Of a DNA stretch of 64,000 bases, positions 53,799 through 63,215 are shown one piece after another (the first letter of the stretch is position 1; every line of letters begins with the position of its first letter). The notes under the pieces are model-generated. The model ran no database searches. It was not told the origin of the DNA and worked only from the letters and a program-made list of their open reading frames with translations. The DNA comes from an uncultured virus (IMG/VR IMGVR_UViG_3300005193_000001) (Duplodnaviria > Heunggongvirae > Uroviricota > Caudoviricetes). The translations under genes and the position numbers were made by a program. The DNA lies in IMG/VR virus record IMGVR_UViG_3300005193_000001, positions 124,001-188,000 of that record. One strand, given 5' to 3'.

Positions 53799-54056
53799 TT
53801 ATCCGATAAGCTTCTTGCGACCGCTCTTCTGGAAATCTTCCTGCTCCTTGAATGCTGCTCCGTAAGCGGCCAAAAGCCGATCAAGCAAGACACCTCCCGT
53901 GACGCTGAGAGAAAAAGAAAGAGGAGCGAGAATGAGGTGCGTAATCAGAAAACCGATAAAGTAAGGTCGGCCCTGAGGACGCACGAAGAAGTAGTTCTCC
54001 ACCGTCATGTAAAAAGTCCAGAAGATAGTAAAGGCGAGATAAAGATAAAAGAACAT
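53799..54056 (-). CDS. membrane protein
   Basis: Two hydrophobic helices. Confidence 0.6.
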   Translation of the reverse strand: MFFYLYLAFTIFWTFYMTVENYFFVRPQGRPYFIGFLITHLILAPLSFSLSVTGGVLLDRLLAAYGAAFKEQEDFQKSGRKKLIG

Positions 54057-54098
54057 TCAGTGTCGTTGTTTAAGTTACAAAGTGTCACTTGATTTTCG

Positions 54099-54171
54099 TC
54101 CCCCCGGCAGGATTCGAACCCACGTCGTTCTCGATCCGAAGTCGAGCGCCTATCCACTCGGCCACGGAGGA
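54099..54171 (-). tRNA. tRNA-Arg (TCG)
   Basis: CTCGA-CTTCGGA-TCGAG. Confidence 0.9.
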
Positions 54172-54187
54172 ATGTGTCGGATGCTTT

Positions 54188-54212
54188 AACACCCGAACAG
54201 ATCCGTTGTTCC
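54188..54212 (-). promoter_or_regulatory. promoter motif GGAAC-N16-TGTT
   Basis: Upstream of tRNA-Arg(TCG). Confidence 0.6.
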
Positions 54213-54233
54213 GGATTCACAAGAGCTTCAAAG

Positions 54234-54304
54234 ATGCCCCCCTCGGATTCGAACCGAGACTAACGGCTCCAAAGGCCGCTGTCCTACCATTAGACCAGGG
54301 AGCA
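54234..54304 (-). tRNA. tRNA-Gln (TTG)
   Basis: GCGGC-CTTTGGA-GCCGT. Confidence 0.92.
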
Positions 54305-54444
54305 ATATATCGGTTTTGTTGTCGTTTTTAGGTACCGCATTTTGTGGGGAAACCGAAAACCCCTCAAGGCTATTATTTCAAGCCTTCAGCACCCCGGTTT
54401 CAGCATGTTTGTTACCGGAAAGCGATTGAGAGCCCAAGTGAACG

Positions 54445-54780
54445 TCATTGAGCAGAATCTTTGTACTTGTCTTCAATTTCGGAAAGCTTTTCTTGAATCT
54501 CGTCAATCTCACCAGCGTCGATGTACTGAGGCATTTCCCAAGGTTCTTTGACCTTCCAAGTCACGTAATGATGAAGGCTCTTGTCTTTCGTGCAACCGAA
54601 CATGAAAGTGTCCTCCTCTATGCTTCCAAGAATTTCGTCGAGAACCTTGGCTTCGTACCTCACGAAATCGTCGTTTTCAAGGATTTCAGCAATTTCCACG
54701 ACCAAAGCCATCGACTTGTCGGTATATTGCACCGTGTCTTCCTCTTCGAGATTAAGTCGCTTTTCCTTTTCTTCCACCAT
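54445..54780 (-). CDS. hypothetical protein
   Basis: Likely start MVEEK. Confidence 0.55.
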   Translation of the reverse strand: MVEEKEKRLNLEEEDTVQYTDKSMALVVEIAEILENDDFVRYEAKVLDEILGSIEEDTFMFGCTKDKSLHHYVTWKVKEPWEMPQYIDAGEIDEIQEKLSEIEDKYKDSAQ

Positions 54781-54805
54781 AAATTTACGTTCGTTGAATG
54801 AAAAA

Positions 54806-54898
54806 GAAGCCCGAGTATGGCGGTATCTCAAGAACGCCTCGGCAACCGCTGGTGCAGATACGTCATTAGCTCCCGCCTATCCTGCAAATTCGGGCTTT
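54806..54898 (-). ncRNA. candidate three-way-junction ncRNA
   Basis: AAAGCCCGAAT/ACTCGGGCTTC closing stem; TGCAG/CTGCA and GCGGT/ACCGC arms; directly 3' of tRNA-Ile. Confidence 0.5.
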
Positions 54899-54916
54899 AA
54901 AAGCTTCTATACGGTG

Positions 54917-54993
54917 TCGGCCCGGAAGGATTTGAACCCTCGACTGACCGGATATATCAGACCCGCGCTCTGACCAGACTGAGCTACGAGCCG
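54917..54993 (-). tRNA. tRNA-Ile (GAT), divergent second copy
   Basis: CGGGT-CTGATAT-ATCCG. Confidence 0.8.
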
Positions 54994-54999
54994 ACTTAG

Positions 55000-55073
55000 T
55001 TCAGGTGGCCGGATTCGAACCGACAACCTCCAGCTCTTCAAACTGGCACTCTACCGAATTGAGTTACACCTGA
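55000..55073 (-). tRNA. tRNA-Phe (GAA)
   Basis: CCAGT-TTGAAGA-GCTGG. Confidence 0.88.
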
Positions 55074-55081
55074 ATCTACCT

Positions 55082-55537
55082 TCATGCCGCGATGTAGATG
55101 TCTACCTCTTTACCGTTCTTGAAGTCAAGTTCCCCGTTCGTGTGATGAGTCTCTTCCGCGATCCGTTCAAGGTGTCGAGCCTCGATGCCGTAGAACTTGG
55201 AGAAGAAGTTCAAAGGCACGTCTGCATAAAGCTTCCAGGGCTCTTGATGATCTCTATACCGCTGAACAGCGGGGTCTTCGTTCAAAACGTTCACGAGCTC
55301 TCGAAACGTGACGTCGTTGGGATCCACGTCCCGGTCCGGAAGTTTCTCGATCTTGAAGAGGTGGATCTTCTCCGGGGCAAACCCGTGCTCCACTTTGGCG
55401 ACCGCCTCCTTGATCTCGTCGTCGGAAGGATCGGCAACGTCCGTCCTGAGAAGAACCAGAGACTGCTCCGGGTTCTCCACGTCTTCTGGATTCTCGAACG
55501 TGTAGCGGTAAGTCGCGTATTCAACGAGAAGTCTCAT
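55082..55537 (-). CDS. hypothetical protein
   Basis: 151-aa acidic ORF. Confidence 0.6.
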   Translation of the reverse strand: MRLLVEYATYRYTFENPEDVENPEQSLVLLRTDVADPSDDEIKEAVAKVEHGFAPEKIHLFKIEKLPDRDVDPNDVTFRELVNVLNEDPAVQRYRDHQEPWKLYADVPLNFFSKFYGIEARHLERIAEETHHTNGELDFKNGKEVDIYIAA

Positions 55538-55563
55538 AGTCTTTTATGTTATTAGAAGAACGG

Positions 55564-55636
55564 CTGCTCAGCAAGGAGTCGAACCTTGAACCTCGTGGTC
55601 CAGAGCCACGCGCTCTACCGATTGAGCTACTGAGCA
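55564..55636 (-). tRNA. tRNA-Gln (CTG)
   Basis: CGTGG-CTCTGGA-CCACG; U1:A72, G73. Confidence 0.92.
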
Positions 55637-55640
55637 TTTC

Positions 55641-56267
55641 TCAGATTTCCAACTCGATGCCATCCAATGTTAAACTCGGATCGTCGTTCTCCTGCAAGAC
55701 CTCAAGAATTTCGAGCATCCTGTCAAATTCGATACCACCGAACCGAAGATCGTTGACCCCAAGTTCTGGAGTACCCCCAACTTTCGCCTCTACCTCGAAC
55801 CCGTTCAGTTCTCCAGTAACGGTTCGGGCGTAACCGAGGTTCGTGTTGCCAAACCCAAAGCGGTCATACAGAACGTCTCGCCTTCTCTGGTTTTCCCTTG
55901 TTCTCTCCTTTCTCTCTTCCCTTTTCTTCGCTTTTCGTTTTCCGATTTCTTCGGCCAAATCAGCGACTTCCTTCCACTTCTTTCGAAGCTTCTTGGCATC
56001 GATCTCGCTGGACCTCGCGCCACGCCACCTGCTCCGGTCTGGAACCTCCACTTTGACTCCAAAGTGGTACTTTTTGTAGAGAAGGTGGCCTTTCTTGGGG
56101 TGATCGGGAAGTTCTCCGCCGAACGCGGTAAGAAAGGCGAGTTTGGCTATCGCGTCTTCATTTCTGCTCAAACCATCGCGCCAGTCGTTAGGCATCCAAG
56201 CCGGGTTGACGGACGGATTCAGAGCCGAAACGTCTATTGTACCGGACTCTACCAAGTCGAGAGACAT
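55641..56267 (-). CDS. hypothetical protein
   Basis: Likely start MSLDLV. Confidence 0.6.
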   Translation of the reverse strand: MSLDLVESGTIDVSALNPSVNPAWMPNDWRDGLSRNEDAIAKLAFLTAFGGELPDHPKKGHLLYKKYHFGVKVEVPDRSRWRGARSSEIDAKKLRKKWKEVADLAEEIGKRKAKKREERKERTRENQRRRDVLYDRFGFGNTNLGYARTVTGELNGFEVEAKVGGTPELGVNDLRFGGIEFDRMLEILEVLQENDDPSLTLDGIELEI

Positions 56268-56486
56268 AAGGTAAAGAACAATTAAATTAAAGTGGCAAGC
56301 AACAGGCCCAGAAAAAAGAAGAACCAAAGAGGATCGGAACTATCCTCCTCATTTTCGGTCTTCTCCTTTTTCGGTGAAGCGGGGTCCATCTGTTTTCGCA
56401 TACGGTACTCACGATTCATTTCTTTTTCCGGCATCGAACCGTCACGTCCTGTCATGATCCGAGAACTACAAATTATAAAAAGCGAG

Positions 56487-56561
56487 TCGGGCGAGTAGGA
56501 TTCGAACCTACGGCTTCGCGCACCCAAAGCGCGAGCTCTGACCGTGCTGAGCTATCGCCCG
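56487..56561 (-). tRNA. tRNA-Pro (TGG)
   Basis: CGCGC-TTTGGGT-GCGCG. Confidence 0.92.
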
Positions 56562-56566
56562 TAGAG

Positions 56567-56640
56567 TCGGGACGACTGGATTTGAACCAGCGACCACCAC
56601 GCCCCCAGCGAAGTGCGCTACCAGACTGCGCCACGTCCCG
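56567..56640 (-). tRNA. tRNA-Pro (GGG)
   Basis: Cloverleaf; loop CTGGGGG. Confidence 0.9.
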
Positions 56641-56649
56641 AAAAGGAGG

Positions 56650-56853
56650 CTATGCCTCCACCAGAAAAAGCGGACCACGAAAGGCTAGTGGGCCACCGAA
56701 TTCTTCCGTCTCTCCAGTCTCGATGTTTTCGCCAATCACCCCGGCGCATCCGTTGATGGTCGTGAATTCCACGACTTCATGCCTCTCGTCAGAGCGGCCT
56801 TCCTCAACGAAGACGTCGCCTTTTTCGAGATTGTTAGGGTTGATACGTTCCAT
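56650..56853 (-). CDS. hypothetical protein
   Basis: 67-aa ORF. Confidence 0.5.
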   Translation of the reverse strand: MERINPNNLEKGDVFVEEGRSDERHEVVEFTTINGCAGVIGENIETGETEEFGGPLAFRGPLFLVEA

Positions 56854-56865
56854 AACTTATTGAAT

Positions 56866-57201
56866 TTAGTCAGAAAGTTCAACGCGATAGATGGTCTCGT
56901 CCGACCACAAAATTTCGATCCTGTGAAGAGCCGACCACTCGTAAGATTGGAGGGTGCTCTCCATAAATCCGTAAAGCCAATGGTCCTTCGGCAAATCGTC
57001 CTTATTGCCCATCCAAGGCTTGTGGAACTCCTCAAAGGACTCGCCGTCCACCGTGCCTTCTTCGACAATATCGTCGAGACGCTCTTTGTCTTCGTCAATC
57101 ATCCACTGCCACATTTCTTCGCGTCTTTCCCGATCAACGGGAATAACGACGCGGCACCCGTTCTCCGGGTTGTGAATGTGAACTTTGGCAAGAACGTCCA
57201 T
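56866..57201 (-). CDS. hypothetical protein
   Basis: 111-aa acidic ORF. Confidence 0.55.
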   Translation of the reverse strand: MDVLAKVHIHNPENGCRVVIPVDRERREEMWQWMIDEDKERLDDIVEEGTVDGESFEEFHKPWMGNKDDLPKDHWLYGFMESTLQSYEWSALHRIEILWSDETIYRVELSD

Positions 57202-57235
57202 TCCTCTTTGGTAACAACTGAAAGAGAACGAATAG

Positions 57236-57318
57236 TGGGCCGGAGAGGATTCGAACCTCTGAAGGATTAACCGCCTGATTTACAGTCAGGCTCCTTTGGC
57301 CGACTTGGATACCGACCC
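57236..57318 (-). tRNA. tRNA-Tyr (GTA), bacterial type
   Basis: CCTGA-CTGTAAA-TCAGG; long variable arm; G1:C72. Confidence 0.93.
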
Positions 57319-57325
57319 TAACGTG

Positions 57326-57616
57326 TTACCGCCGAATGTCAACCGCTTCTCCGGTGCGAACGAACACGAAGCTCTGCGCGATCTCCAACGAAGTCGTGAT
57401 TGCTTCGAGAACAGGCGTCGGAGCCAACCGGGTGATGGTCTGAATGGTCTCTTTGACCTTCTTCACCGTACCAACGCGAGAAGCGTTTCGGAGCATCCGA
57501 AGCGCATAATCTCCAACGCGAGTGTGGTCAAGACCGTTCACTCTTTCTTCCAACATCCGCTCGTCGTCAGCAATTGCTTCCGAAAGATCTTCCATCATCG
57601 AGGTCTGGTGAGTCAT
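57326..57616 (-). CDS. hypothetical protein
   Basis: Likely start MTHQ. Confidence 0.5.
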   Translation of the reverse strand: MTHQTSMMEDLSEAIADDERMLEERVNGLDHTRVGDYALRMLRNASRVGTVKKVKETIQTITRLAPTPVLEAITTSLEIAQSFVFVRTGEAVDIRR

Positions 57617-57871
57617 TGTCCCAAGGCTGGTTGGTGAAAAAGCGTCGGATTGTCTTTCACGTAAGAAACAAGGGGAGCGTTCCAATCCCCACGGAGCTTC
57701 ACAGAGCCTTAAAACTCGAATGCCCCTCGTCTCCTGTGCGGAAACAAGGGGCGAAGAAGTCTCACCAAAACGCACAGGGGTCCATCAACCGGGGTTTTTC
57801 GGTTCAATAGCAAATTGTTGATAAGTCCGTGCGAAAGTAATCATGGTGTGTCTGCCTTTAAGTATAAACGG

Positions 57872-58411
57872 TCAACCAGAAAACAGCGTCGTCAACCGCT
57901 CAAGTTGTTCCAACCTGTTTCGAAGGTCGTCGATTTCCTTGTCGTAATCGAATTGTCCTTTCACCAACTCCAGATCGTACTCGTCAACGAAACTTTCCAG
58001 CAACCCAACGAGATCGTCGTGTGGGTCGTTTCGAAAAGAAAACTGAATATCGAGGACACCGTTTTGGTTCGAATCCGGTGGGGTAGTTCTAACAATCGTT
58101 CTACCGTGATTCGACGGATCAATAGAGCCCACTTGAACGACTCTTCCAAGTTCGGTGAACGGCTCCGTCATGCCGTCTGGGGGATCGGAAATGAAAAGCT
58201 GCAGAAAGCTTCCATCCCTGTCAATCCTGGAAACCGAGACTTCACCGTCATAATCGTGAAGAAACTCGAACAGTTCTTCAACCGCGAGTTTCGACGCCTC
58301 TGCACGGACGTCTTCCAAAACGTCGGTGAGGGAGTCAAGGTCTTCTTCCAAACTGTCTTTCTCAGACTTTATGTCTTCAAGCTTGGAAAGGGCACTTTCG
58401 AGATCGTCCAT
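57872..58411 (-). CDS. hypothetical coiled-coil protein
   Basis: 179-aa acidic ORF. Confidence 0.6.
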   Translation of the reverse strand: MDDLESALSKLEDIKSEKDSLEEDLDSLTDVLEDVRAEASKLAVEELFEFLHDYDGEVSVSRIDRDGSFLQLFISDPPDGMTEPFTELGRVVQVGSIDPSNHGRTIVRTTPPDSNQNGVLDIQFSFRNDPHDDLVGLLESFVDEYDLELVKGQFDYDKEIDDLRNRLEQLERLTTLFSG

Positions 58412-58442
58412 ACGGAGTTGTGACTAATTTAACAGAAAAAAG

Positions 58443-58517
58443 CACCCCCGAAGGGATTTGAGCCCTCGACCTCCGCCGTGACAAGGCGGCGTTCACTCCA
58501 AACTGAACCACGGGGGT
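58443..58517 (-). tRNA. tRNA-Asp (GTC), second copy
   Basis: CCGCC-TTGTCAC-GGCGG. Confidence 0.9.
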
Positions 58518-58528
58518 GTGTTAGGACG

Positions 58529-58602
58529 TGGGCCGGGAGGGACTTGAACCCACGACCACGCGATTATGAGTCGCACGCTCTAACCAACTGAGCTACCGGC
58601 CC
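58529..58602 (-). tRNA. tRNA-CAT (probable Ile2, otherwise elongator Met)
   Basis: GGGCC start; TGCGA-CTCATAA-TCGCG; A73. Confidence 0.88.
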
Positions 58603-58624
58603 TCCCTATTAATGCACCACTTTT

Positions 58625-58649
58625 AACAAGCGGGAACGCCACTTGTTCC
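58625..58649 (-). promoter_or_regulatory. promoter motif GGAAC-N16-TGTT
   Basis: Upstream of tRNA-CAT; preceded by AAGCTTCAC. Confidence 0.6.
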
Positions 58650-58661
58650 GTGAAGCTTCTG

Positions 58662-59114
58662 TTAACCGAAGACGCGGCGAATCTCCTGCTGAATCACCTT
58701 GCGGATATCGCTCTCCGAAAGCTGGAGGGAATCGCCACTGTCGAGAGAAGCCGTTGGAGAAGTAGCACTCGTGACCTCCTGGTCTTCTTCAATGGTAGGT
58801 GCGATCCAGCGCTCCATGGGATCGACAGCTTCTCGTTCTCGAACCGTTTCCTCGGTCGAGGTGTCGTCGGAAAAAAGGTCGCTCATCACGTTCTCCACGG
58901 TTTCCTTCATTTCTACAGGATCGTGGGACTGCGTTTGGTCACTGTCGTTACCGGAAACGTCGTCTGGAAGCTCGAAGTTGGGGGAATCGTTCATTTCCAC
59001 CTCGTCTCCCTCGTCGAGCCGCTCCTGTCCGTCCTCGGTAAGCATAGTGCGCTGACCCGTTTCCTCGTCCTTGAGAATTACGGGAAAAGATTCTTTAAGC
59101 TGGTTCTGGTTCAT
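58662..59114 (-). CDS. highly acidic hypothetical protein
   Basis: 150 aa; C-terminal LSESDIRKVIQQEI helix. Confidence 0.6.
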   Translation of the reverse strand: MNQNQLKESFPVILKDEETGQRTMLTEDGQERLDEGDEVEMNDSPNFELPDDVSGNDSDQTQSHDPVEMKETVENVMSDLFSDDTSTEETVREREAVDPMERWIAPTIEEDQEVTSATSPTASLDSGDSLQLSESDIRKVIQQEIRRVFG

Positions 59115-59140
59115 TGGGCTTGTACGGTCTTGGTTCGTGG

Positions 59141-59587
59141 TTATGTATCAAGGCGATTTTGCCAGAACCTGACCTGAAGACCACGTTCCAAGTAGCGACG
59201 AGCACGATCCGACATTTTATCGTTATGGAGCCGTGGGGCATCTTTTACGACTTCAATACTGCTTTCACGTGTCTTGATATGCCCTGCGTAGTCCGGAAGG
59301 TCTTCAACGACGCCCTCGGGAGCCGCGAACCAGAAGTAGTTGGGAATGCCGCTCTTCTTCGCGTTCTCCAAAATCCGGTGCTTCCTGGACTTGGTGTCAA
59401 ATTCCCGAAGGAAATCCGTGGTACTTCGCTTGATTTCGAATTCGTGCACGAACAGGGCCTTGGTAACACTGAGGAGATCAGATTCACCTCTCGGCGTCAT
59501 GGCCTTGCAGTTGGGCACCGTCATGATGTGGTTTTTGTCTGAACTAAACCTGGAATACAGGACGTTTTGGATTTCTCGCTCTTTCAT
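59141..59587 (-). CDS. PD-(D/E)XK nuclease-like protein (MmcB-like)
   Basis: ESDLL...EFEIKRSTTDF..E...PNYFWFAAP...LPDYAG. Confidence 0.75.
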   Translation of the reverse strand: MKEREIQNVLYSRFSSDKNHIMTVPNCKAMTPRGESDLLSVTKALFVHEFEIKRSTTDFLREFDTKSRKHRILENAKKSGIPNYFWFAAPEGVVEDLPDYAGHIKTRESSIEVVKDAPRLHNDKMSDRARRYLERGLQVRFWQNRLDT

Positions 59588-59809
59588 GCGTGTGTGTACT
59601 TTGTAAGCTTAAAAGCTCTCTTAATGCTGAGCAACGAAGTTGCTGGTTGTTCTCTTTCTTTTTTATTTTAGTTTTTTCTTTCTCTTCAGCGTACACGTGT
59701 ACGCTTCTTTTTCTTTGTGTTTTTTGGTTCTTTTTTATATTTCTTTTTCTTCCGGATACCTGAGCCCATAGCTGCTCAGCTTCCGGTACCAGCGTGCACG
59801 TGCGTTCAT

Positions 59810-60181
59810 TTACTCGGATGCGGGGGCTCCCTGAAGAATTCCATAGAGGGTAATCTCTTCGTTGACTTCAGGCCACTTCACCTTCTTTCTGCCTTCAGCC
59901 ACTTCGAACCCCGAAAGGTCTTCGGCCTCGTCAAGCTTCGTGCTCCACCAGACCGGAATAGAGATAAGCCTATCGTCAGAAAGTTTAAACGTAATATACT
60001 GGTCTTCCACAGTCACCGAAGTAATTTTTACGTCCTTGGTAAAGTACGTGGCGAGCTCGTCTTTCGTAACCGACTCTTCTTTGAAATCTTCGAACTCTTC
60101 GGTCAAATTGTCGAGCCTGTTCTTGAAGTTTTTCAAGAGCGCGGCCTTTTCCAGTTCCTTTTGCAAGTCTGTGTCTCCCAT
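59810..60181 (-). CDS. DUF2442-like protein
   Basis: LSDDRLISIPVWWS.KL..A...WPEVNEEITL.GIL. Confidence 0.65.
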   Translation of the reverse strand: MGDTDLQKELEKAALLKNFKNRLDNLTEEFEDFKEESVTKDELATYFTKDVKITSVTVEDQYITFKLSDDRLISIPVWWSTKLDEAEDLSGFEVAEGRKKVKWPEVNEEITLYGILQGAPASE

Positions 60182-60222
60182 ATTAATATCTGTTTATCTT
60201 TGAAATGCCATCGATTCTACAC

Positions 60223-60287
60223 TTCTCTCGGGCTCTGACACTGGAGTCGGTACTGAAACCTTGATCTCGTGTCAGAGCCCGAGAGAA
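60223..60287. repeat. perfect 19-bp inverted repeat with 27-bp spacer
   Basis: TTCTCTCGGGCTCTGACAC ... GTGTCAGAGCCCGAGAGAA. Confidence 0.9.
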
Positions 60288-60309
60288 CCTCGTTAAAACA
60301 AGCACGTAT

Positions 60310-60870
60310 CTACGCCAGAGGATGAAGCTTGATGTTAGTGAAGATCTTTCCGACCTTCATGTCGCTTCTTACTGCGTCTCTGGCTGGTCTAACGGCAACA
60401 TTTCTTTTCTCTGGAATTGCCCATTTCTCGTTGTCTTTTATGGGCGGTCTGCCCCCGAGAACGTGAATTCCTTTAGAACTACACCTTGATCTCCAAACCT
60501 CAAAGTCCATGGCTGCATACTCTGCCCAGAGCATACCGAACTCGTAACAGAACAGAGGCCCATGGCTTTCGGTGAACGGGGTCTTCCCCAACGCCGCAAT
60601 TATGGCGTGGGAAAGCTCGTGGAGAAGAGTAGTCACGTTCCCACTCGTTAACGCTGCGGTATGAAAGTTGGGAAGGTATACGTTATCTTCGCTCTTCTCG
60701 ATCTCGGGAACTCGGAGCTCTTTGAATGGGACCCTTCGCTTCCAAAGCTCGTCGGCTATTGAACGTAGAGTATCAAAAGGTAAAACTTCGTCACCAACAG
60801 GGTCCGCGATTTCAAACTGCTCTCTGTAAAGTACAGACTTTTGCGAGTCCTTAGTTGTTACTTGCTCCAT
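60310..60870 (-). CDS. HExxH zinc metallopeptidase-like protein
   Basis: LLHELSH...HGPLF. Confidence 0.65.
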   Translation of the reverse strand: MEQVTTKDSQKSVLYREQFEIADPVGDEVLPFDTLRSIADELWKRRVPFKELRVPEIEKSEDNVYLPNFHTAALTSGNVTTLLHELSHAIIAALGKTPFTESHGPLFCYEFGMLWAEYAAMDFEVWRSRCSSKGIHVLGGRPPIKDNEKWAIPEKRNVAVRPARDAVRSDMKVGKIFTNIKLHPLA

Positions 60871-61118
60871 TTTTGCCTCGCGCTTTCCACGAACTTTTCT
60901 AGAGACTTTTGATTATCGAAGATGTACTCAACTCCATCGATAGCTACGAAATCCATTTTAGCTTCGACAGCCAGATCAAGCTTTTTCATCAGATCTTCGT
61001 CAACCATTTTTATAACGCCGCCTCTGATCTCGTCTGCGCCCACAGAATCATCAGAGGGGGGTTGACTGTAGTAAATTGTGTCGAACTCGTCGCGGAGACG
61101 AGAAATGACGTCCTCCAT
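60858..61118 (-). CDS. hypothetical protein
   Basis: 86-aa ORF. Confidence 0.55.
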   Translation of the reverse strand: MEDVISRLRDEFDTIYYSQPPSDDSVGADEIRGGVIKMVDEDLMKKLDLAVEAKMDFVAIDGVEYIFDNQKSLEKFVESARQKWSK

Positions 61119-61262
61119 CTAGAAGTTGCTTCTGTTAACAAGCTTGTTTCTTACCCACCTCTTAATTCTGGAAATCTCCCTTTCCACGTGTGGGCGCTCC
61201 GCGTTATCGACAAGATAGTCAGCTAACTTCATAATAGCTTTAGGGACTGTTCCCATTAAGAG

Positions 61263-61339
61263 AGCCTCTGGCGGGGGTCGAACCCACATTTCGCTCCTTA
61301 CGAAGGAGCCCTGATTTCCATCGCTCCAGGCACAGAGGC
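61263..61339 (-). tRNA. tRNA-Thr (CGT), atypical D-arm
   Basis: GCCTCTG/CAGAGGC; GCTCC-TTCGTAA-GGAGC. Confidence 0.7.
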
Positions 61340-61346
61340 ATAAAAG

Positions 61347-61422
61347 AGCACGGGGTGGGATTTGAACCCACGGATAGATGTTTTGCAGACATCGGCGTTA
61401 GACCGGGCTTCGCCACCCGTGC
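61347..61422 (-). tRNA. tRNA-Cys (GCA)
   Basis: GATGT-CTGCAAA-ACATC; U73. Confidence 0.88.
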
Positions 61423-61517
61423 TTCTATCTCTCGCTGTCTTTGATTATCTTCTTTCTTACGTTATAGGCAAACACCAAGACGAAAACAACCGGAGCAGCG
61501 AGCAAGAAATCCACAGG

Positions 61518-61748
61518 TTATTCTTCGAAGTCAGCTACTTCTCTCGAAGAAACCATGGCGACGTCGGGCTCTCGGATGAAGACGCTCGACGTGTCAATCG
61601 TGGCGTTCCAGGAGATCTGCTCCAAGCCTCGCTCTCTGATAAGCTCCTTCGGAGCGTCCTCTGGAGCGAGAACCAGTGCCGATTGTTTTCTCTTCTTACT
61701 TCTGCACGAGAAGGTGGTGATCTTTTGACTAACTTTGTACAGTGTCAT
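61518..61748 (-). CDS. hypothetical protein
   Basis: 76-aa ORF. Confidence 0.45.
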   Translation of the reverse strand: MTLYKVSQKITTFSCRSKKRKQSALVLAPEDAPKELIRERGLEQISWNATIDTSSVFIREPDVAMVSSREVADFEE

Positions 61749-61797
61749 GGTTGTTTATCTAGTCTTCGGTTCAAGTCCTCATAGAAGCTCTGTAATG

Positions 61798-61869
61798 AGG
61801 TGAGGGGTGGATTCAAACCACCGTAGCAGCCGTTGCAAGACTGTGCCTAATCAACTCGGCTACCTCACC
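61798..61869 (-). tRNA. tRNA-Cys (GCA), second unrelated copy
   Basis: CAGTC-TTGCAAC-GGCTG; U73; T-loop TTTGAAT. Confidence 0.82.
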
Positions 61870-61882
61870 TTACGGAAAATCC

Positions 61883-62071
61883 TTAGTTCCTGTGACCAGA
61901 AAGAAATTCTTCGCCTCCAACTTCGTTTGACTCTTCTCGTATTCCTTCCAACATCTTCTGTACGATGGCCTCACGTGCGGCTTCGGATTCGAGATTAGCG
62001 TCGTTAAACTTTTCGAGAGTGTTCCTAGCGATTTCAAGTAGGTTTTTCTCTTCAAAGAGGATCATTTTCAT
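61883..62071 (-). CDS. hypothetical protein
   Basis: 62-aa acidic ORF. Confidence 0.5.
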   Translation of the reverse strand: MKMILFEEKNLLEIARNTLEKFNDANLESEAAREAIVQKMLEGIREESNEVGGEEFLSGHRN

Positions 62072-62099
62072 AACGGTACTTCTAAGGTAAGAGCGTGAG

Positions 62100-62183
62100 T
62101 ACCCCCGACAGGAATCGAACCTGCACGCTATGATAAGCAGCGGGATTTGAATCCGCCACGTATGCCAGTTCCGTCACGGGGGC
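62100..62183 (-). tRNA. tRNA-Leu (CAA)
   Basis: Class II cloverleaf; loop TTCAAAT. Confidence 0.9.
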
Positions 62184-62407
62184 GTATGCTAGTCTTCGTC
62201 TTCTTCCCAATCGACTCCATACTTGCGGAACCGATGGAGCTTCTTCTCCACGTCTCGAAAGATCTCACCATACTTTCCGGGAAGTGACCAATCTTCTGCC
62301 AAAGGCTTATCGTTTTTGTCCGCCATAATAGGTATAGATCGTTTGTTCTCTTTGTTAAATAGCTGAACGGGGGTTTCGTTTCGCGTTTCACGGAAGCTTA
62401 ATACAGA

Positions 62408-62432
62408 TGTGGGGGGCTCTCGCCCCCCACGT
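62408..62432. terminator. GC-rich hairpin, possible terminator
   Basis: GTGGGGGGC-TCTC-GCCCCCCAC. Confidence 0.45.
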
Positions 62433-62559
62433 TTTCTCTGCCTCGGTAGCGCCGTTGTTAACTACGAGCCCTGTTCCGAACGTCTTCGAAGTTCCGCTCC
62501 ACCAGACTTTTCTTCCAACGGTCAGCGACCCTTTCTGGGTCATTCATAGCTGGCATAAA

Positions 62560-63072
62560 TTAGGATTTAATTTCGTCAGAAAGTTCATCGATAGTGGCAA
62601 CCCTTATGTTTTCTGGAGGTTCCACGGGAACGGGCTCAATCGGAGCGATGGCGGCAAGATCTATTTGCTCTCTGACTTCGTTCATGTCCACGAGCTCTCC
62701 GGGACAGGTCTTCATGTCAGTAAAGGCTCTGTGGCCGTAGATCTCTTCAACGGGAATGTCGTACTCGTCCATCTTTCTGATGCAAAGAGCAACGACAGCA
62801 TCCCACTGCTCCGGGGTCCACTCTTCGTAGTCTCCGTGTCCCTGAATGCAGATTCCAAGCGATCCCGTGTTATGTCCTTTGACGTGGGCTCCAATCATGT
62901 GATCTTCACGGCCTCTTTGGACCGTTCCATCTTTAAGAATGAAGTAGTGGTATCCCACCATCATCCATCCTCTGTCTCTGTGCCATTGGTCAATATCCTC
63001 AATGTCGTAATCGGAGCCCTCGTAGGCTGCTGTGTGAAGAACAAGCTTGTTGATTTCTGAGTGAGTAGCCAA
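62560..63072 (-). CDS. N-acetylmuramoyl-L-alanine amidase (Amidase_2, T7 lysozyme-like endolysin)
   Basis: LVLHTAA...WHRDRGW..VGYHY...GAHVKGHN..SLGIC...GHR...KTCPG. Confidence 0.92.
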   Translation of the reverse strand: MATHSEINKLVLHTAAYEGSDYDIEDIDQWHRDRGWMMVGYHYFILKDGTVQRGREDHMIGAHVKGHNTGSLGICIQGHGDYEEWTPEQWDAVVALCIRKMDEYDIPVEEIYGHRAFTDMKTCPGELVDMNEVREQIDLAAIAPIEPVPVEPPENIRVATIDELSDEIKS

Positions 63073-63215
63073 CGTACTTCTAAAAGTTCTTGTTTCGAAA
63101 CGTCCACGAAGCTTGAATGAAGCTTCGATGTTTCGAAAGCAACGTGTGACCCTTTAAGACTCAGATGTATACCGTTTGCTTCTTCACTTTTATGTATCCA
63201 GGAAAAGACGGTAAG

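Noticed and set aside
57620..57810. GAAACAAGGGG duplicated in a 190-nt leader
   Set aside because: Only two copies and no clear structure. Insufficient to call a repeat or regulatory element.
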